Of a DNA stretch of 64,000 bases, positions 9,909-20,250 are shown piece after piece (position 1 is the stretch's first letter; the number at the start of each line of letters is the position of its first letter). The position numbers and the translations under genes were made by a program. The stretch comes from Gammaproteobacteria bacterium. GTDB taxonomy: Bacteria > Pseudomonadota > Gammaproteobacteria > Pseudomonadales > Moraxellaceae. Below the pieces are notes generated by a model that was not told where the DNA came from, ran no database searches, and saw only the letters and a program-made list of their open reading frames with translations. The DNA is taken from contig JBKHWB010000001.1 in the NCBI GenBank assembly GCA_046566745.1, positions 23,934-87,933 of the forward strand. Reading direction: 5' to 3'.

Positions 9909-10499
9909 TCAGCGCGGCAGGGGTGCATTACCAAGACGGCGGATGCCCCACTTCTCCGTAACCGGACCGTCGTACTCAAGGCCGGGATAGGTACGATGGT
10001 CCTGCCAGTAACCGAATGACACCATCATCTTGAGACTGGATACAAAACCGCGCTCGATCATGTTGCCGGTCTGCCAGTCCTGCACGCGCTTGAGCGCCCG
10101 CTCATTGCTCATCGCGGAAAAACGGGAAAAACGCCAGAAGACTCCCCCGTACTCGATACTGTTGATGGCCAGCCTGACGAGGATACGGGGTCGTGCATCC
10201 AGCTTGCTCATCAGGATGTCGACATTCTGCATCACCGGGATTTCGGTGGAGGACGGCAAGCCGAACTTCTCGGTCGGCAGCATGATCACGCGAATCTTGT
10301 CCAGAACACGGTATTCCACCAGCGACATGTGCTTGATGCCGGCCGGCAAGCCCTTATCGGCGGCCAACACCTCGCCCGGCAGCGCCAGGGTCGCACCAGC
10401 CACGGCGGCCAGGCGAGCACCACCCAGCAGAAAGCGACGGCGCGACAGCGACTCGAGACCAGCCAGAAACTCGGGGGGAAGCGGAAACTTGTTGTTCAT
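9909..10499 (-). CDS. Twin-arginine-signal small subunit (gluconate 2-dehydrogenase subunit 3-like) partnering the GMC flavoprotein
   Basis: Tat motif SRRRFLLGGARLAAVAGATLALP near the N-terminus. 196 aa, 46 bp upstream of the GMC gene on the same strand. Confidence 0.65.
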   Translation of the reverse strand: MNNKFPLPPEFLAGLESLSRRRFLLGGARLAAVAGATLALPGEVLAADKGLPAGIKHMSLVEYRVLDKIRVIMLPTEKFGLPSSTEIPVMQNVDILMSKLDARPRILVRLAINSIEYGGVFWRFSRFSAMSNERALKRVQDWQTGNMIERGFVSSLKMMVSFGYWQDHRTYPGLEYDGPVTEKWGIRRLGNAPLPR

Positions 10500-10625
10500 T
10501 TTGCTCCTCGGCGGACACCGTCCGGGGCAACTTTGTAGTTATTGGTCCAGCCTCGCAGTCTAGCCAAACCGGCGGGAAAACCCAACACTTAATAGCAGTC
10601 CTCCGGAGCGCCCTTTCCTGGAGGG

Positions 10626-12143
10626 CTACAAAACCCCGTTCCAGAGCTGACGACGGTCTGCCTCGGGATCGCTCACCACCCTGGATTCCGCCCCCAGCAC
10701 CATGACCTGCCGGGCGACCTCCTCGTAAACGGGCCACTCCGGCCAGCCGTCCGCCTCCGGCGCATGGCCTTGGGCAAAGCTGGCCCAAGCCTGCCGAACC
10801 CGGCGAGAAAGTGCAGCCGCCGCCTCCCCACCCCCGGTGAAGAACTGGCCGGCCGGCTTGCCGGTAATGCCGAATACAAACGGCACCTCCATGACATGAC
10901 AACTCCCGAGTCGACGATTGAACGCACAGGGCCAATCAAACAGGTATTGCCAGGTCTGTGTCGCCAGCCCAAACCGTGACTCCGCCAGCCGCAGGGTCGG
11001 AATCCGAAACATGCGATCCGTCTCATAGGCACAGAACACCGCGCTACCCGCCGCCTCCGGCAGAACCCGCCGGTACTCCTCCAGCATCTGCAATCCCCGG
11101 CCCGGGAGCGTACGCTCGAACTCATGCCGCAACCGCTCCTCGTCGGGCTCCGGCCGGGGCCGGGACTGCCCCATGCTCTGCGGCGACAAGTAGAACAACG
11201 TCCACTCATCCCTTGTCGTCCCCAGTAATAATGGAACCCCTGCAGAAGCCCCCTCCACCATGGCGTGCAAGGGGTGTTGCGGCAACACGTCGTCACCAAT
11301 GCAGGGCAGCAGCGTCATGCCGAACTGGGCGACCGGCTCAGCATGCAAACCACGGTTGACCGTCGTCCGGAAGCAGGCGCGTTGCGCCCTGACAATCCCG
11401 TCCAGGGGCCCCGTCAGACACGCCGCGGGATCGCCACCTGCCGCGTCGGCAAACAGGCGGGTGATGCGCACGGCTTCGTCCCGGGTCACCACATGATCCG
11501 GGCTTCCGCTCTGGATGATGGCGCGCGAGAAGAGACCTGCAGCCAGAGGACTCGCCATAAGGCAGGCAATGCTCATGCCCCCTGCCGACTCCCCGAACAA
11601 GGTGACAGCCTCGGGGTCGCCACCGAAGTCCGCAATGTGGTCGCGAACCCATTGCAGCGCCAGTATCTGGTCACGCAAACCGGCATTGGTCACTCCCTCC
11701 AGCCCCGGCCACCCGGACCAGTCTGCAAAGCCCAGAATGCCCAAACGATAGTTGATACTGACCACGACCACGCCATTTTCGCGCGCCAGAGCCGCGCCGT
11801 CATAAAGCGACTGGCTACTGGCACCGGCGGAAAAGCCTCCACCGTGTATCCATACCATCACCGGCCACGGCCCCTTCCCCTCCAGGGGCCGCCAGACATT
11901 CAGTGCCAGGCAGGCGTCTCCCGTCTCCCCCACTGGCATGAAAGGGATAGCATCCTGCGGAGCGGCGTGCGCCCAGGTGATGGCCTTTCGCTCGCCCGTC
12001 CAGGGTGACACCGGCTCCGGTGCCCGGATGCGGCCCAGGCCCTGCAACTCGCGCGCATACGGAATTCCCCTGAACTGCAGGACACCGCTCTCCTGCAGAC
12101 CGGACACACGCCCAAGACGGGTGGGTACGACAGTGGATGACAT
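10626..12143 (-). CDS. Carboxylesterase, type B (para-nitrobenzyl-esterase-like), cytoplasmic
   Basis: 505 aa. N-terminus ..GVLQFRGIPYA.., oxyanion block WIHGGGF, nucleophile elbow GESAGG. No signal peptide. Confidence 0.85.
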   Translation of the reverse strand: MSSTVVPTRLGRVSGLQESGVLQFRGIPYARELQGLGRIRAPEPVSPWTGERKAITWAHAAPQDAIPFMPVGETGDACLALNVWRPLEGKGPWPVMVWIHGGGFSAGASSQSLYDGAALARENGVVVVSINYRLGILGFADWSGWPGLEGVTNAGLRDQILALQWVRDHIADFGGDPEAVTLFGESAGGMSIACLMASPLAAGLFSRAIIQSGSPDHVVTRDEAVRITRLFADAAGGDPAACLTGPLDGIVRAQRACFRTTVNRGLHAEPVAQFGMTLLPCIGDDVLPQHPLHAMVEGASAGVPLLLGTTRDEWTLFYLSPQSMGQSRPRPEPDEERLRHEFERTLPGRGLQMLEEYRRVLPEAAGSAVFCAYETDRMFRIPTLRLAESRFGLATQTWQYLFDWPCAFNRRLGSCHVMEVPFVFGITGKPAGQFFTGGGEAAAALSRRVRQAWASFAQGHAPEADGWPEWPVYEEVARQVMVLGAESRVVSDPEADRRQLWNGVL

Positions 12144-12242
12144 GACACCTCCATGAACAGACCCTCATCATCTCCCAGCGATCTGACAACGCCAACCCTG
12201 CACACCGATGCACTTGCCCCGGAACCAGTGATACCGACTAGA

Positions 12243-13319
12243 ATGGAGGCCCCGCTGCTGTCTGAACGGTTATCCATGCCTGCTGCCATTCCTCCCACCG
12301 TTTCGTCGGTATACATCAACCACCTGATTGATGTAGCCGGACTGAAAGGTGCCGACCTGACGGACACCCAGCGCCAGCTGGGGCTGGACGAGAGCGTGCT
12401 GACAGACATCAACGCCCGCGTGCCCTTCGCAACCGAAGACGCCCTGTACGATGAAATACTGCAACAGACAGGGGATGTCTGGTTTGGCCTGCATATCGGG
12501 GAAAACGTCCGCCCCAGCAGCATCGGAGTACTGGGCTACGCCACCATGAGCAGCCGCAACCTGGGCGAGGCCATCGGCCTGATGCTGCGCTATGAGCACT
12601 TCCGCTCCGAAGTAGGCAGTTGTGATGTCTCCGTGGACGACCAGACCTTCAGCATTACCTGGCGGGCCTTCGATGACCGCATCGAGGCCCACCGCCACCG
12701 CGTTGAGGCTGCTTTTTCCAGCTGGGTGAGTTATGGCCGATGGATTACACGCAGCCAACACAATCCTTTGCGCGTACAATTCCGGCATAACGCCCCCAGC
12801 GACGACCTCGGTGAATATGAACGCCTGTTCCAGTGCCCCATCGAGTTTGGCTGCGCGGACAACCGGATCACGCTTGATGCCGCATTGCTAGACATCCCGC
12901 TGGCCGACGCCGATGCCGACGTCAACCGCCTCATGCGAGCGCGCATCGAGCAGGTGCTGGCCAATTACCAGGCACGCGGCAATTTCCTGGCGCAGGTGAG
13001 GCTCGCGATGAACAAGGCGCTGCCGTTAGGTGCGCCCAGCCTGGAGTCTATTGCCGATACACTGGACCTGAAGCCCTGGACCCTGCGACGGCGCCTGAGC
13101 GCTGAGGGCGCGGATTTTTCCTCGCTGCTGGAGCAGGTGAGGATAGACCTGGCCCAGAATTACCTGGCAGACCCGGATCACGCCATCAGTGACATCGCCA
13201 GCCTGCTGGGATATTCGGAGCAAAGCGCATTCAACCGGGCCTTCAAGCGCTGGTTCCAGTGCACCCCTGCCGCCTTCCGGCAGCAGGTGTTGCAAAGCCC
13301 CGGCAAGCGCAGCCGCTAG
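12243..13319 (+). CDS. AraC-family transcriptional regulator (AraC-binding-like N-domain + C-terminal HTH)
   Basis: C-terminal AraC HTH (..LLGYSEQSAFNRAFKRWFQCTPAAFR..). The ORF-track start at 12153 is only 9 bp from the divergent esterase start, so ATG 12243 (or 12276) is preferred. The start remains uncertain. Confidence 0.75.
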   Translation: MEAPLLSERLSMPAAIPPTVSSVYINHLIDVAGLKGADLTDTQRQLGLDESVLTDINARVPFATEDALYDEILQQTGDVWFGLHIGENVRPSSIGVLGYATMSSRNLGEAIGLMLRYEHFRSEVGSCDVSVDDQTFSITWRAFDDRIEAHRHRVEAAFSSWVSYGRWITRSQHNPLRVQFRHNAPSDDLGEYERLFQCPIEFGCADNRITLDAALLDIPLADADADVNRLMRARIEQVLANYQARGNFLAQVRLAMNKALPLGAPSLESIADTLDLKPWTLRRRLSAEGADFSSLLEQVRIDLAQNYLADPDHAISDIASLLGYSEQSAFNRAFKRWFQCTPAAFRQQVLQSPGKRSR

Positions 13320-13627
13320 TCACCGACATAGATGAGGTGGCGGTTCTTGCGTAGCAGCACCGGCCCGACACCCTTCACCTGCTCCAGATCACGAAGGGAG
13401 CGGAACGGACCATGTTCGTCCCGATACGCGACGATGGCCGCCGCTTTCTTGTCACCTACACCCTTGAGGTGACGCGACAAGGCAGCCGCATCTGCAGCGT
13501 TGATGTCGATCTTTCCTTCCTTCGACGGCGCCACAAACTGCACCGCGCGCAATGCCGGCCGCTCAACTGGTGACGGCCACGCTACAGCCGCCGCGAAGAG
13601 CAGGCCCACGAAAACCAATAAACGCAC
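13316..13627 (-). CDS. comEA: ComEA-family helix-hairpin-helix DNA-binding protein (periplasmic)
   Basis: 103 aa: signal peptide, then IDINAADAAALSRHLKGVGDKKAAAIVAYRDEHGPFRSLRDLEQVKGVG (tandem HhH). GTG start. Confidence 0.75.
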   Translation of the reverse strand: MRLLVFVGLLFAAAVAWPSPVERPALRAVQFVAPSKEGKIDINAADAAALSRHLKGVGDKKAAAIVAYRDEHGPFRSLRDLEQVKGVGPVLLRKNRHLIYVGD

Positions 13628-13683
13628 AGACGTTCCTCCCTGTCATTTTCCATCCGCCGCCATCCTGGCAGCTGCGCAAGCAT

Positions 13684-13714
13684 AAAAAAACCGACTGGCC
13701 CGGGCAATCAGGCC
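13684..13714 (-). terminator. Possible weak terminator after yegQ
   Basis: Short GGCCUG/CGGGCC stem overlapping the stop codon, followed after 6 nt by a U7 run on the minus strand. Confidence 0.3.
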
Positions 13715-15021
13715 TGGCGCGTGATCATGCTGAACGCCAGATCATGCACATCATCAACCCGTGGAATACGCACAATATGACCATTTCCAGGCGCCACATC
13801 GATTCCCTTTCCGTCCAAACCCTCAATCGCTTCCAGCATGAAATGGTGGTTACCCTGCGGCGTCATCAACATGATGCGGTCGCCCTTTGAGAAGCGATTC
13901 TTCACGTCAATTGTCATCCAGCCCTCGTTGGCATCCACGATTTCCCCAACCAGTTGCTCGGTACCCAGCAGCGAACTCCCCTGCTCGTACATCTGGTATT
14001 CAGCCGGCGGATGCCTGCGAAAAAATCCTTCCGTGTAACCCCGGTTGGACAGCGCCTCCAGCTCGTCCATCAACTGCATGTCAAACGGCCGTCCTGCCAA
14101 CGCATCATCAATGGCGCGCCGATACACCTGTGCGGTGCGCGCGACGTAATAAGGACTCTTGGTACGCCCCTCGATCTTCAGCGAGTGCACGCCAATGCGC
14201 ATCAACTCACCCACGTGCTGAACCGCACGCAGGTCGCGCGAATTCATGATGTAGGTACCATGTTCGTCCTCGTAAACAGGCACGAACTCGTCAGGCTGTT
14301 TCGGATCACGAAGCAGGATTTCGCGTGCCTCCGGCTCCGGATCGAATTGCCCCACCGCGAGATTGCGCACCGGAATCATGTCTCCCGAGCTGTCGGTCGC
14401 ATGCTCAACCGTCTTGTATTCCCAGCGACAGGCGTTGGTACAGGCACCTTGATTGGCATCACGATGGTTCATGTAGCCGGATAGCAGGCAACGTCCCGAA
14501 TAGGCCATGCACAAGGCGCCATGGACAAATACCTCCAGTTCGATATCCGGTACTTTTTCACGAATCTCAGCCACTTCTTCCAACGCCAGCTCGCGCGAAA
14601 GAATCACCCGGGAGATCCCCTGGCGACGCCAGAATTCGACCGTCGCCCAGTTGACGGCATTGGCCTGCACGGAAAGATGCACCTCCTGATCTGGCCACTT
14701 TTCCTTGACCAACATGATGAGGCCAGGATCGGACATGATGAGCGCATCCGGCTGGAGTTCGACTATCGGCGCCAGGTCACGCAGGTAGCTGCGCACCTTG
14801 TCATTGTGAGCAGCGATATTGGAGGCCAGATAGAACTGCTTGCCTTGGCGATGCGCCTCCTCGATTCCTTCTCGCAGTGCGGCGACATCCTTGAAGCTGT
14901 TGTTGCGCACGCGCAAGGAGTAGCGAGGCTGGCCGGCATAGACGGCATCTGCACCATAGGCAAACGCGTATTTCAGATGGGTCAATGTGCCCGCAGGCGA
15001 CAACAATTCCGGCTTGAGCAT
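13708..15021 (-). CDS. yegQ: U32-family peptidase-like protein YegQ/TrhP (tRNA hydroxylation associated)
   Basis: MLKPELLSPAGTLTHLKYAFAYGADAVYAGQPRYSLRVRNNSF closely matches the remembered E. coli YegQ N-terminus. Internal ATG at 15021 was chosen over the ORF-track start at 15042. Confidence 0.85.
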   Translation of the reverse strand: MLKPELLSPAGTLTHLKYAFAYGADAVYAGQPRYSLRVRNNSFKDVAALREGIEEAHRQGKQFYLASNIAAHNDKVRSYLRDLAPIVELQPDALIMSDPGLIMLVKEKWPDQEVHLSVQANAVNWATVEFWRRQGISRVILSRELALEEVAEIREKVPDIELEVFVHGALCMAYSGRCLLSGYMNHRDANQGACTNACRWEYKTVEHATDSSGDMIPVRNLAVGQFDPEPEAREILLRDPKQPDEFVPVYEDEHGTYIMNSRDLRAVQHVGELMRIGVHSLKIEGRTKSPYYVARTAQVYRRAIDDALAGRPFDMQLMDELEALSNRGYTEGFFRRHPPAEYQMYEQGSSLLGTEQLVGEIVDANEGWMTIDVKNRFSKGDRIMLMTPQGNHHFMLEAIEGLDGKGIDVAPGNGHIVRIPRVDDVHDLAFSMITRQA

Positions 15022-15065
15022 GACAGGCGCTCCACACGACATTCTGAGGTAAAAACCAAGTAAAA

Positions 15066-15100
15066 CAAAAAGGCCCGATCATTTCTGATCAGGCCTTTTC
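15066..15100 (-). terminator. Rho-independent terminator downstream of tRNA-Pro
   Basis: AGGCCCGATCA-TTTC-TGATCAGGCCT: 11-bp stem with one mismatch, flanked by A-run and T-run. Confidence 0.65.
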
Positions 15101-15108
15101 CTTAATCT

Positions 15109-15186
<78 letters not shown>

Positions 15187-15210
15187 CGACCACCTTTCGG
15201 TGAGGCGGCA

Positions 15211-15238
15211 ATGATACCGAAAACCGCCTCTTTGTCCA
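15211..15238 (-). promoter_or_regulatory. Candidate sigma70 promoter for tRNA-Pro (TGGACA-N16-TATCAT)
   Basis: Read on the minus strand, about 25 nt upstream of the mature tRNA 5' end. Confidence 0.35.
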
Positions 15239-15266
15239 GCGCACACGCCGGAAATTTCGAAAGAAA

Positions 15267-15671
15267 TCAGCGGGCCAGCAGCGATGCGACCTGCTCCAGC
15301 TCGCGGATCATGTCTTTCACGACCACATTGAAGATGCCCTCGCCCGAACGGGGCAAAGCCGACACTATTTCGACCTCTTCCGGTTCGTCACGCTCTGCCA
15401 CACGGGTGTCGGTGAGTTGCAAGCGGGCACCGCCAATCGTATAGCCCTGCTCATACAGCAGACTGCGAATGGTGCGGATGATCATCACGTCTTGCCGCTG
15501 GTAATAGCGGCGGTTACCCCGCCGCTTGACCGGCTTGAGCTGCGGAAACTCCTGCTCCCAGTAGCGCAGCACGTGAGGCTTCACATCGCAAAGCTCACTG
15601 ACTTCACCAATGGTGAAATAACGCTTGCTGGGAATTTCCGGCAGCTGGGCGTTATTGCTGGGTTCTAGCAT
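15267..15671 (-). CDS. MerR-family transcriptional regulator (conserved partner downstream of ihfA)
   Basis: [28 protein letters not shown]. Overlaps the 3' end of ihfA by 20 nt. Confidence 0.75.
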   Translation of the reverse strand: MLEPSNNAQLPEIPSKRYFTIGEVSELCDVKPHVLRYWEQEFPQLKPVKRRGNRRYYQRQDVMIIRTIRSLLYEQGYTIGGARLQLTDTRVAERDEPEEVEIVSALPRSGEGIFNVVVKDMIRELEQVASLLAR

Positions 15672-15954
15672 AGGCTTCTACTCTGGCCTTCAGTTTCTGC
15701 CCGGGACGGAAGGTGACAACTCGCCGGGCAGTAATGGGGATTTCCTCGCCAGTCTTGGGGTTTCTCCCAGGGCGCTGGCGCTTGTCGCGCAAATCAAAGT
15801 TGCCAAAACCGGACAGCTTGACGGACTCGTTATGCTCGAGGGCGTAGCGGATTTCCTCGAAGAACATCTCCACCATTTCCTTGGCCTCACGCTTGTTGAG
15901 ACCAAGCTCCTCGAAGAGCTTCTCCGCCATTTCCGCCTTGGTGAGTGCCGTCAT
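15652..15954 (-). CDS. ihfA: Integration host factor subunit alpha
   Basis: 100 aa, ..[41 protein letters not shown].., downstream of pheT. Confidence 0.95.
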   Translation of the reverse strand: MTALTKAEMAEKLFEELGLNKREAKEMVEMFFEEIRYALEHNESVKLSGFGNFDLRDKRQRPGRNPKTGEEIPITARRVVTFRPGQKLKARVEAYARTQQ

Positions 15955-15968
15955 TGCAACTCCTCAAC

Positions 15969-18344
15969 TCAATCTCTCAGGCTCGCTCCGAACCGGGTAG
16001 CCAGTCGATCCACGATGGCATCAACACGCGCCTGGACCTCTTCTTCCTGCAAGGTGCGCTCCGGGTGCTGCCAGACCATGCCGATGGCCAGACTACGATG
16101 CCCTTCCGCCACCCCCTGCCCTTCGTACACGTCGAACAGGCGGCAATCCCTGAGCTCGGGGCCTGCCACCTCACGCACGCTGGCCAGCACCCCGGCCGCC
16201 GGCACGTCCCGACGGCATAGCACGGCGATATCACGCCGCACTTCCGGAAAGCGTGACAACTCAGAGAAGGACGGCAACCGCCCTTCACCTGCGTACTCCA
16301 GACAGATCTCGAACAGGTAAACCGGACCCGAGAGCCCCAAGTCACCCAGCAGATCGGGGTGCAAGGCCCCCAGCCAACCTACTGACTGACCGTTCATTTC
16401 TATTTCTGCGCACTGCCCCGGGTGTAGAGCCGGATGGACAGACGCCCTGTAGGCAACTCTATCAGAAGCACCAAGCAGCGCAACCACTCGCTCAATATTT
16501 CCTTTAATATCAAAGAAATCAAGGTCTTTTTTGATGTGGCTCCACAACTCCACATTAACTGTACCGGTCGCCACCCCGGCCAGCATGCGCTCCTGGCGCA
16601 GCCCCTCTGGCGTGGGCACGAAGCGCAGCCCGGTCTCGAACAGGCGTACGCGGGGCTGCTGGCGATTCTGGTTGTACTGTACCGCCTTGAGCAGACCCGC
16701 CCAGAGCGTGGTCCGCATCACCGAGAGATCGGCCGAGAGCGGGTTAGCCAGGGCCAGTGGGCGTGCTGACGGGTCCACCTTGGCCAGCAGGCCGGGCTCC
16801 ACAAAGCTCATGGTAATGGCCTCCTGGTAGCCCAGATCCACCAGCAGACGCTTCAGGCGGGACTCGGCAATCGCCGTTTCGCTCCTGGGCGACAGGCGGA
16901 CATCGGCGCGGGGAGCGGTCACCGGCAGGTCATTGTATCCGTGGATACGGGCCAGCTCCTCGATCAGGTCGACCTCGATGCCGATATCAAAGCGCCAACT
17001 GGGTGGCGTCACCCGCCAGCCATCCTCCTGTACATCAACCTTCATGCCCAATCGAGTCAGGATGTCTTCCACGTCGGTCGCCGGCATGGGAAAGCCCAAC
17101 AGCTTGCGGATGCGCTCCGCCCGCAGGGCAATGGGGGCACGCTCCGGCAAATGCTCGACAGCGTGGACCACTGTCAGTGGCCCTGCCTCACCCCCACAGA
17201 TGGACAGGATCAGGGCCGTGGCGCGTTCAATCGCTTCCGCCTGCAGGGCAAAGTCGACGCCACGCTCAAAGCGGTGGGACGAATCCGTATGCAGGCCATA
17301 GGAACGGGCCTTGCCGGCAGCCGTCAACGGCGCAAAGAAGGCGCTCTCCAGGAAAATGTCGCGGGTTTCCGTGGTGACCGCACTGCCCTGCCCGCCCATG
17401 ATACCGGCCATGGCCAGTGGCTTGGCGGCATCGGCAATCACCAGCGTATCGGGACGCAACGTCACCGTCTGGCCATCCAGCAACTCGAGAGACTCACCGG
17501 CACGCGCCATGCGCACCTCGATACCGCCCTCCAGCTTTGCCTTGTCGAAGGCATGCATGGGCTGGCCCAGTTCAATCAGCACATAGTTGGTGACATCCAC
17601 CACCGGGCTGATGCTGCGCAGACCTGCACGACGCAACTTCTCGGCCATCCACAACGGCGTCGCCGCTGCGGCGTTCACATTCCGGATGATGCGACCGACA
17701 TAGTTCGGGCAAGCCTCGGGCGCGGAAAGCGTCACCGGCAGCACATCGTCATGCTCAACCGCCACAGGCGTGACTTGCGGCGCACACACCGAGAGACGAT
17801 TGAGAACGCCGGCCTCACGGGCCAGCCCGCGCAAACTCAGGCAGTCGCCACGGTTCGGTGTGATGCCCAGCTCGACCATGTTGTCGTCCAGCTGCAAATA
17901 ATCGCGGATGCTGGCCCCCACCGGCGCATCCGCCGGCAACTCCATGAGGCCATCGGCGGTTTCAGCCAGGCCGATTTCCGCCTCGGAGCACAGCATCCCG
18001 AATGATTCGACACCACGCAACTTGGCCGCCTTGATCTTGAAGTCGCCCGGCAGAACGGCACCTACCGTTGCAACGGGCACGCGCAAGCCGACACGGACAT
18101 TCGCCGCACCACACACAATCTGCAAGGTTTCCGTGCCAATACTGACCTTGGTCACGCGCAGCTTGTCGGCATCCGGGTGCGGCACCACGTCGAGCACATC
18201 ACCGACCACGACACCATTGAACGCCGGCGCCACTGGGACAATGGCATCCACTTCCAACCCTGCCATGGTGAGCTGATGACCAAATGCCGCCATGTCCAGT
18301 TTCGGACTTACCCACTCACGAAGCCACTTTTCGCTGAATTGCAT
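15969..18344 (-). CDS. pheT: Phenylalanine--tRNA ligase beta subunit
   Basis: MQFSEKWLREWV.. matches the canonical PheT N-terminus. ATG at 18344 is preferred to the ORF-track start at 18356. Confidence 0.95.
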   Translation of the reverse strand: MQFSEKWLREWVSPKLDMAAFGHQLTMAGLEVDAIVPVAPAFNGVVVGDVLDVVPHPDADKLRVTKVSIGTETLQIVCGAANVRVGLRVPVATVGAVLPGDFKIKAAKLRGVESFGMLCSEAEIGLAETADGLMELPADAPVGASIRDYLQLDDNMVELGITPNRGDCLSLRGLAREAGVLNRLSVCAPQVTPVAVEHDDVLPVTLSAPEACPNYVGRIIRNVNAAAATPLWMAEKLRRAGLRSISPVVDVTNYVLIELGQPMHAFDKAKLEGGIEVRMARAGESLELLDGQTVTLRPDTLVIADAAKPLAMAGIMGGQGSAVTTETRDIFLESAFFAPLTAAGKARSYGLHTDSSHRFERGVDFALQAEAIERATALILSICGGEAGPLTVVHAVEHLPERAPIALRAERIRKLLGFPMPATDVEDILTRLGMKVDVQEDGWRVTPPSWRFDIGIEVDLIEELARIHGYNDLPVTAPRADVRLSPRSETAIAESRLKRLLVDLGYQEAITMSFVEPGLLAKVDPSARPLALANPLSADLSVMRTTLWAGLLKAVQYNQNRQQPRVRLFETGLRFVPTPEGLRQERMLAGVATGTVNVELWSHIKKDLDFFDIKGNIERVVALLGASDRVAYRASVHPALHPGQCAEIEMNGQSVGWLGALHPDLLGDLGLSGPVYLFEICLEYAGEGRLPSFSELSRFPEVRRDIAVLCRRDVPAAGVLASVREVAGPELRDCRLFDVYEGQGVAEGHRSLAIGMVWQHPERTLQEEEVQARVDAIVDRLATRFGASLRD

Positions 18345-18442
18345 GTTGCGACTCACTTGCCCGTCACGGGCATCAAACTTCTACCGCGGCATGTCCGTAC
18401 ATGAACCCGGACAATGCCTCATCAGGACCAACGAAAATCCGT

Positions 18443-19492
<1,050 letters not shown>

Positions 19493-19530
19493 CTACAGCA
19501 GCGCCATTGATTGACACAACCGCAGCAGAA

Positions 19531-19567
19531 AATAAAAAGGGGAAGAACCGCTAAGCCCTTCCCCTTT
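19531..19567 (-). terminator. Rho-independent terminator/attenuator between rplT and pheS
   Basis: Minus strand AAAGGGGAAG..loop..CTTCCCCTTT followed by TTTTTATT. Confidence 0.6.
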
Positions 19568-19596
19568 GGTCGGGCCCGAAAGCCCTACCTTGCTAC

Positions 19597-19956
19597 TTAC
19601 GCTGCCAGGCTGGCTTTCGCTTTTTCAGCCAGGGCGGTAAACGCAGCAGCATCATGCACGGCGATATCAGCCAGCACACGACGGTCGATCTCGATGCTCG
19701 CACGCTTCAAACCGTTGATGAGACGGCTGTAGGAGAGACCATTGAGACGGGACGCGGCGTTGATACGGGCGATCCACAGTGCACGGAACTGACGCTTGCG
19801 CTGACGGCGGTCACGGTAGGCGTACTGGCCGGCCTTGATGACTGCCTGGAACGCTACGCGATACACGCGCGAACGGGCACCGTAGTAACCCTTTGCGCGA
19901 TCAAGAACCTTCTTGTGACGACGGTGAGCAATGACACCACGCTTTACACGAGCCAT
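19597..19956 (-). CDS. rplT: 50S ribosomal protein L20
   Basis: [18 protein letters not shown].. canonical L20. Confidence 0.95.
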   Translation of the reverse strand: MARVKRGVIAHRRHKKVLDRAKGYYGARSRVYRVAFQAVIKAGQYAYRDRRQRKRQFRALWIARINAASRLNGLSYSRLINGLKRASIEIDRRVLADIAVHDAAAFTALAEKAKASLAA

Positions 19957-19975
19957 TTTCGTATTTCTCCGTCAG

Positions 19976-20170
19976 TTAAACGTTGGGAAGCATGCGTTCG
20001 ACACGAGCGACGTCGCTTTTGGCGACCATCGTCATCGGACGGAGCTGACGGATACGCTTGGCTGACTTCTTCGTCAGGATGTGGCGCTTGAATGCCTGCT
20101 TGCGCTTGAAGCCGTTAGCCGTCTTCAGGAAGCGCTTTGCTGCAGCACGCTTGGTTTTGATCTTTGACAT
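19976..20170 (-). CDS. rpmI: 50S ribosomal protein L35
   Basis: [14 protein letters not shown].. canonical L35, 64 aa. Confidence 0.95.
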   Translation of the reverse strand: MSKIKTKRAAAKRFLKTANGFKRKQAFKRHILTKKSAKRIRQLRPMTMVAKSDVARVERMLPNV

Positions 20171-20250
20171 GACATACCTCGTTAAGTAACCCCTTCAGCA
20201 CAGCGATCAGTCCGGCCTGGGGGTAAGAAACTCAGCAGAATCCTTCCGCC

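Noticed and set aside
8273-13319. GMC / esterase / AraC block as a horizontally acquired island
   Set aside because: No integrase, transposase, flanking repeats or visible compositional break. It is only functionally accessory-looking.
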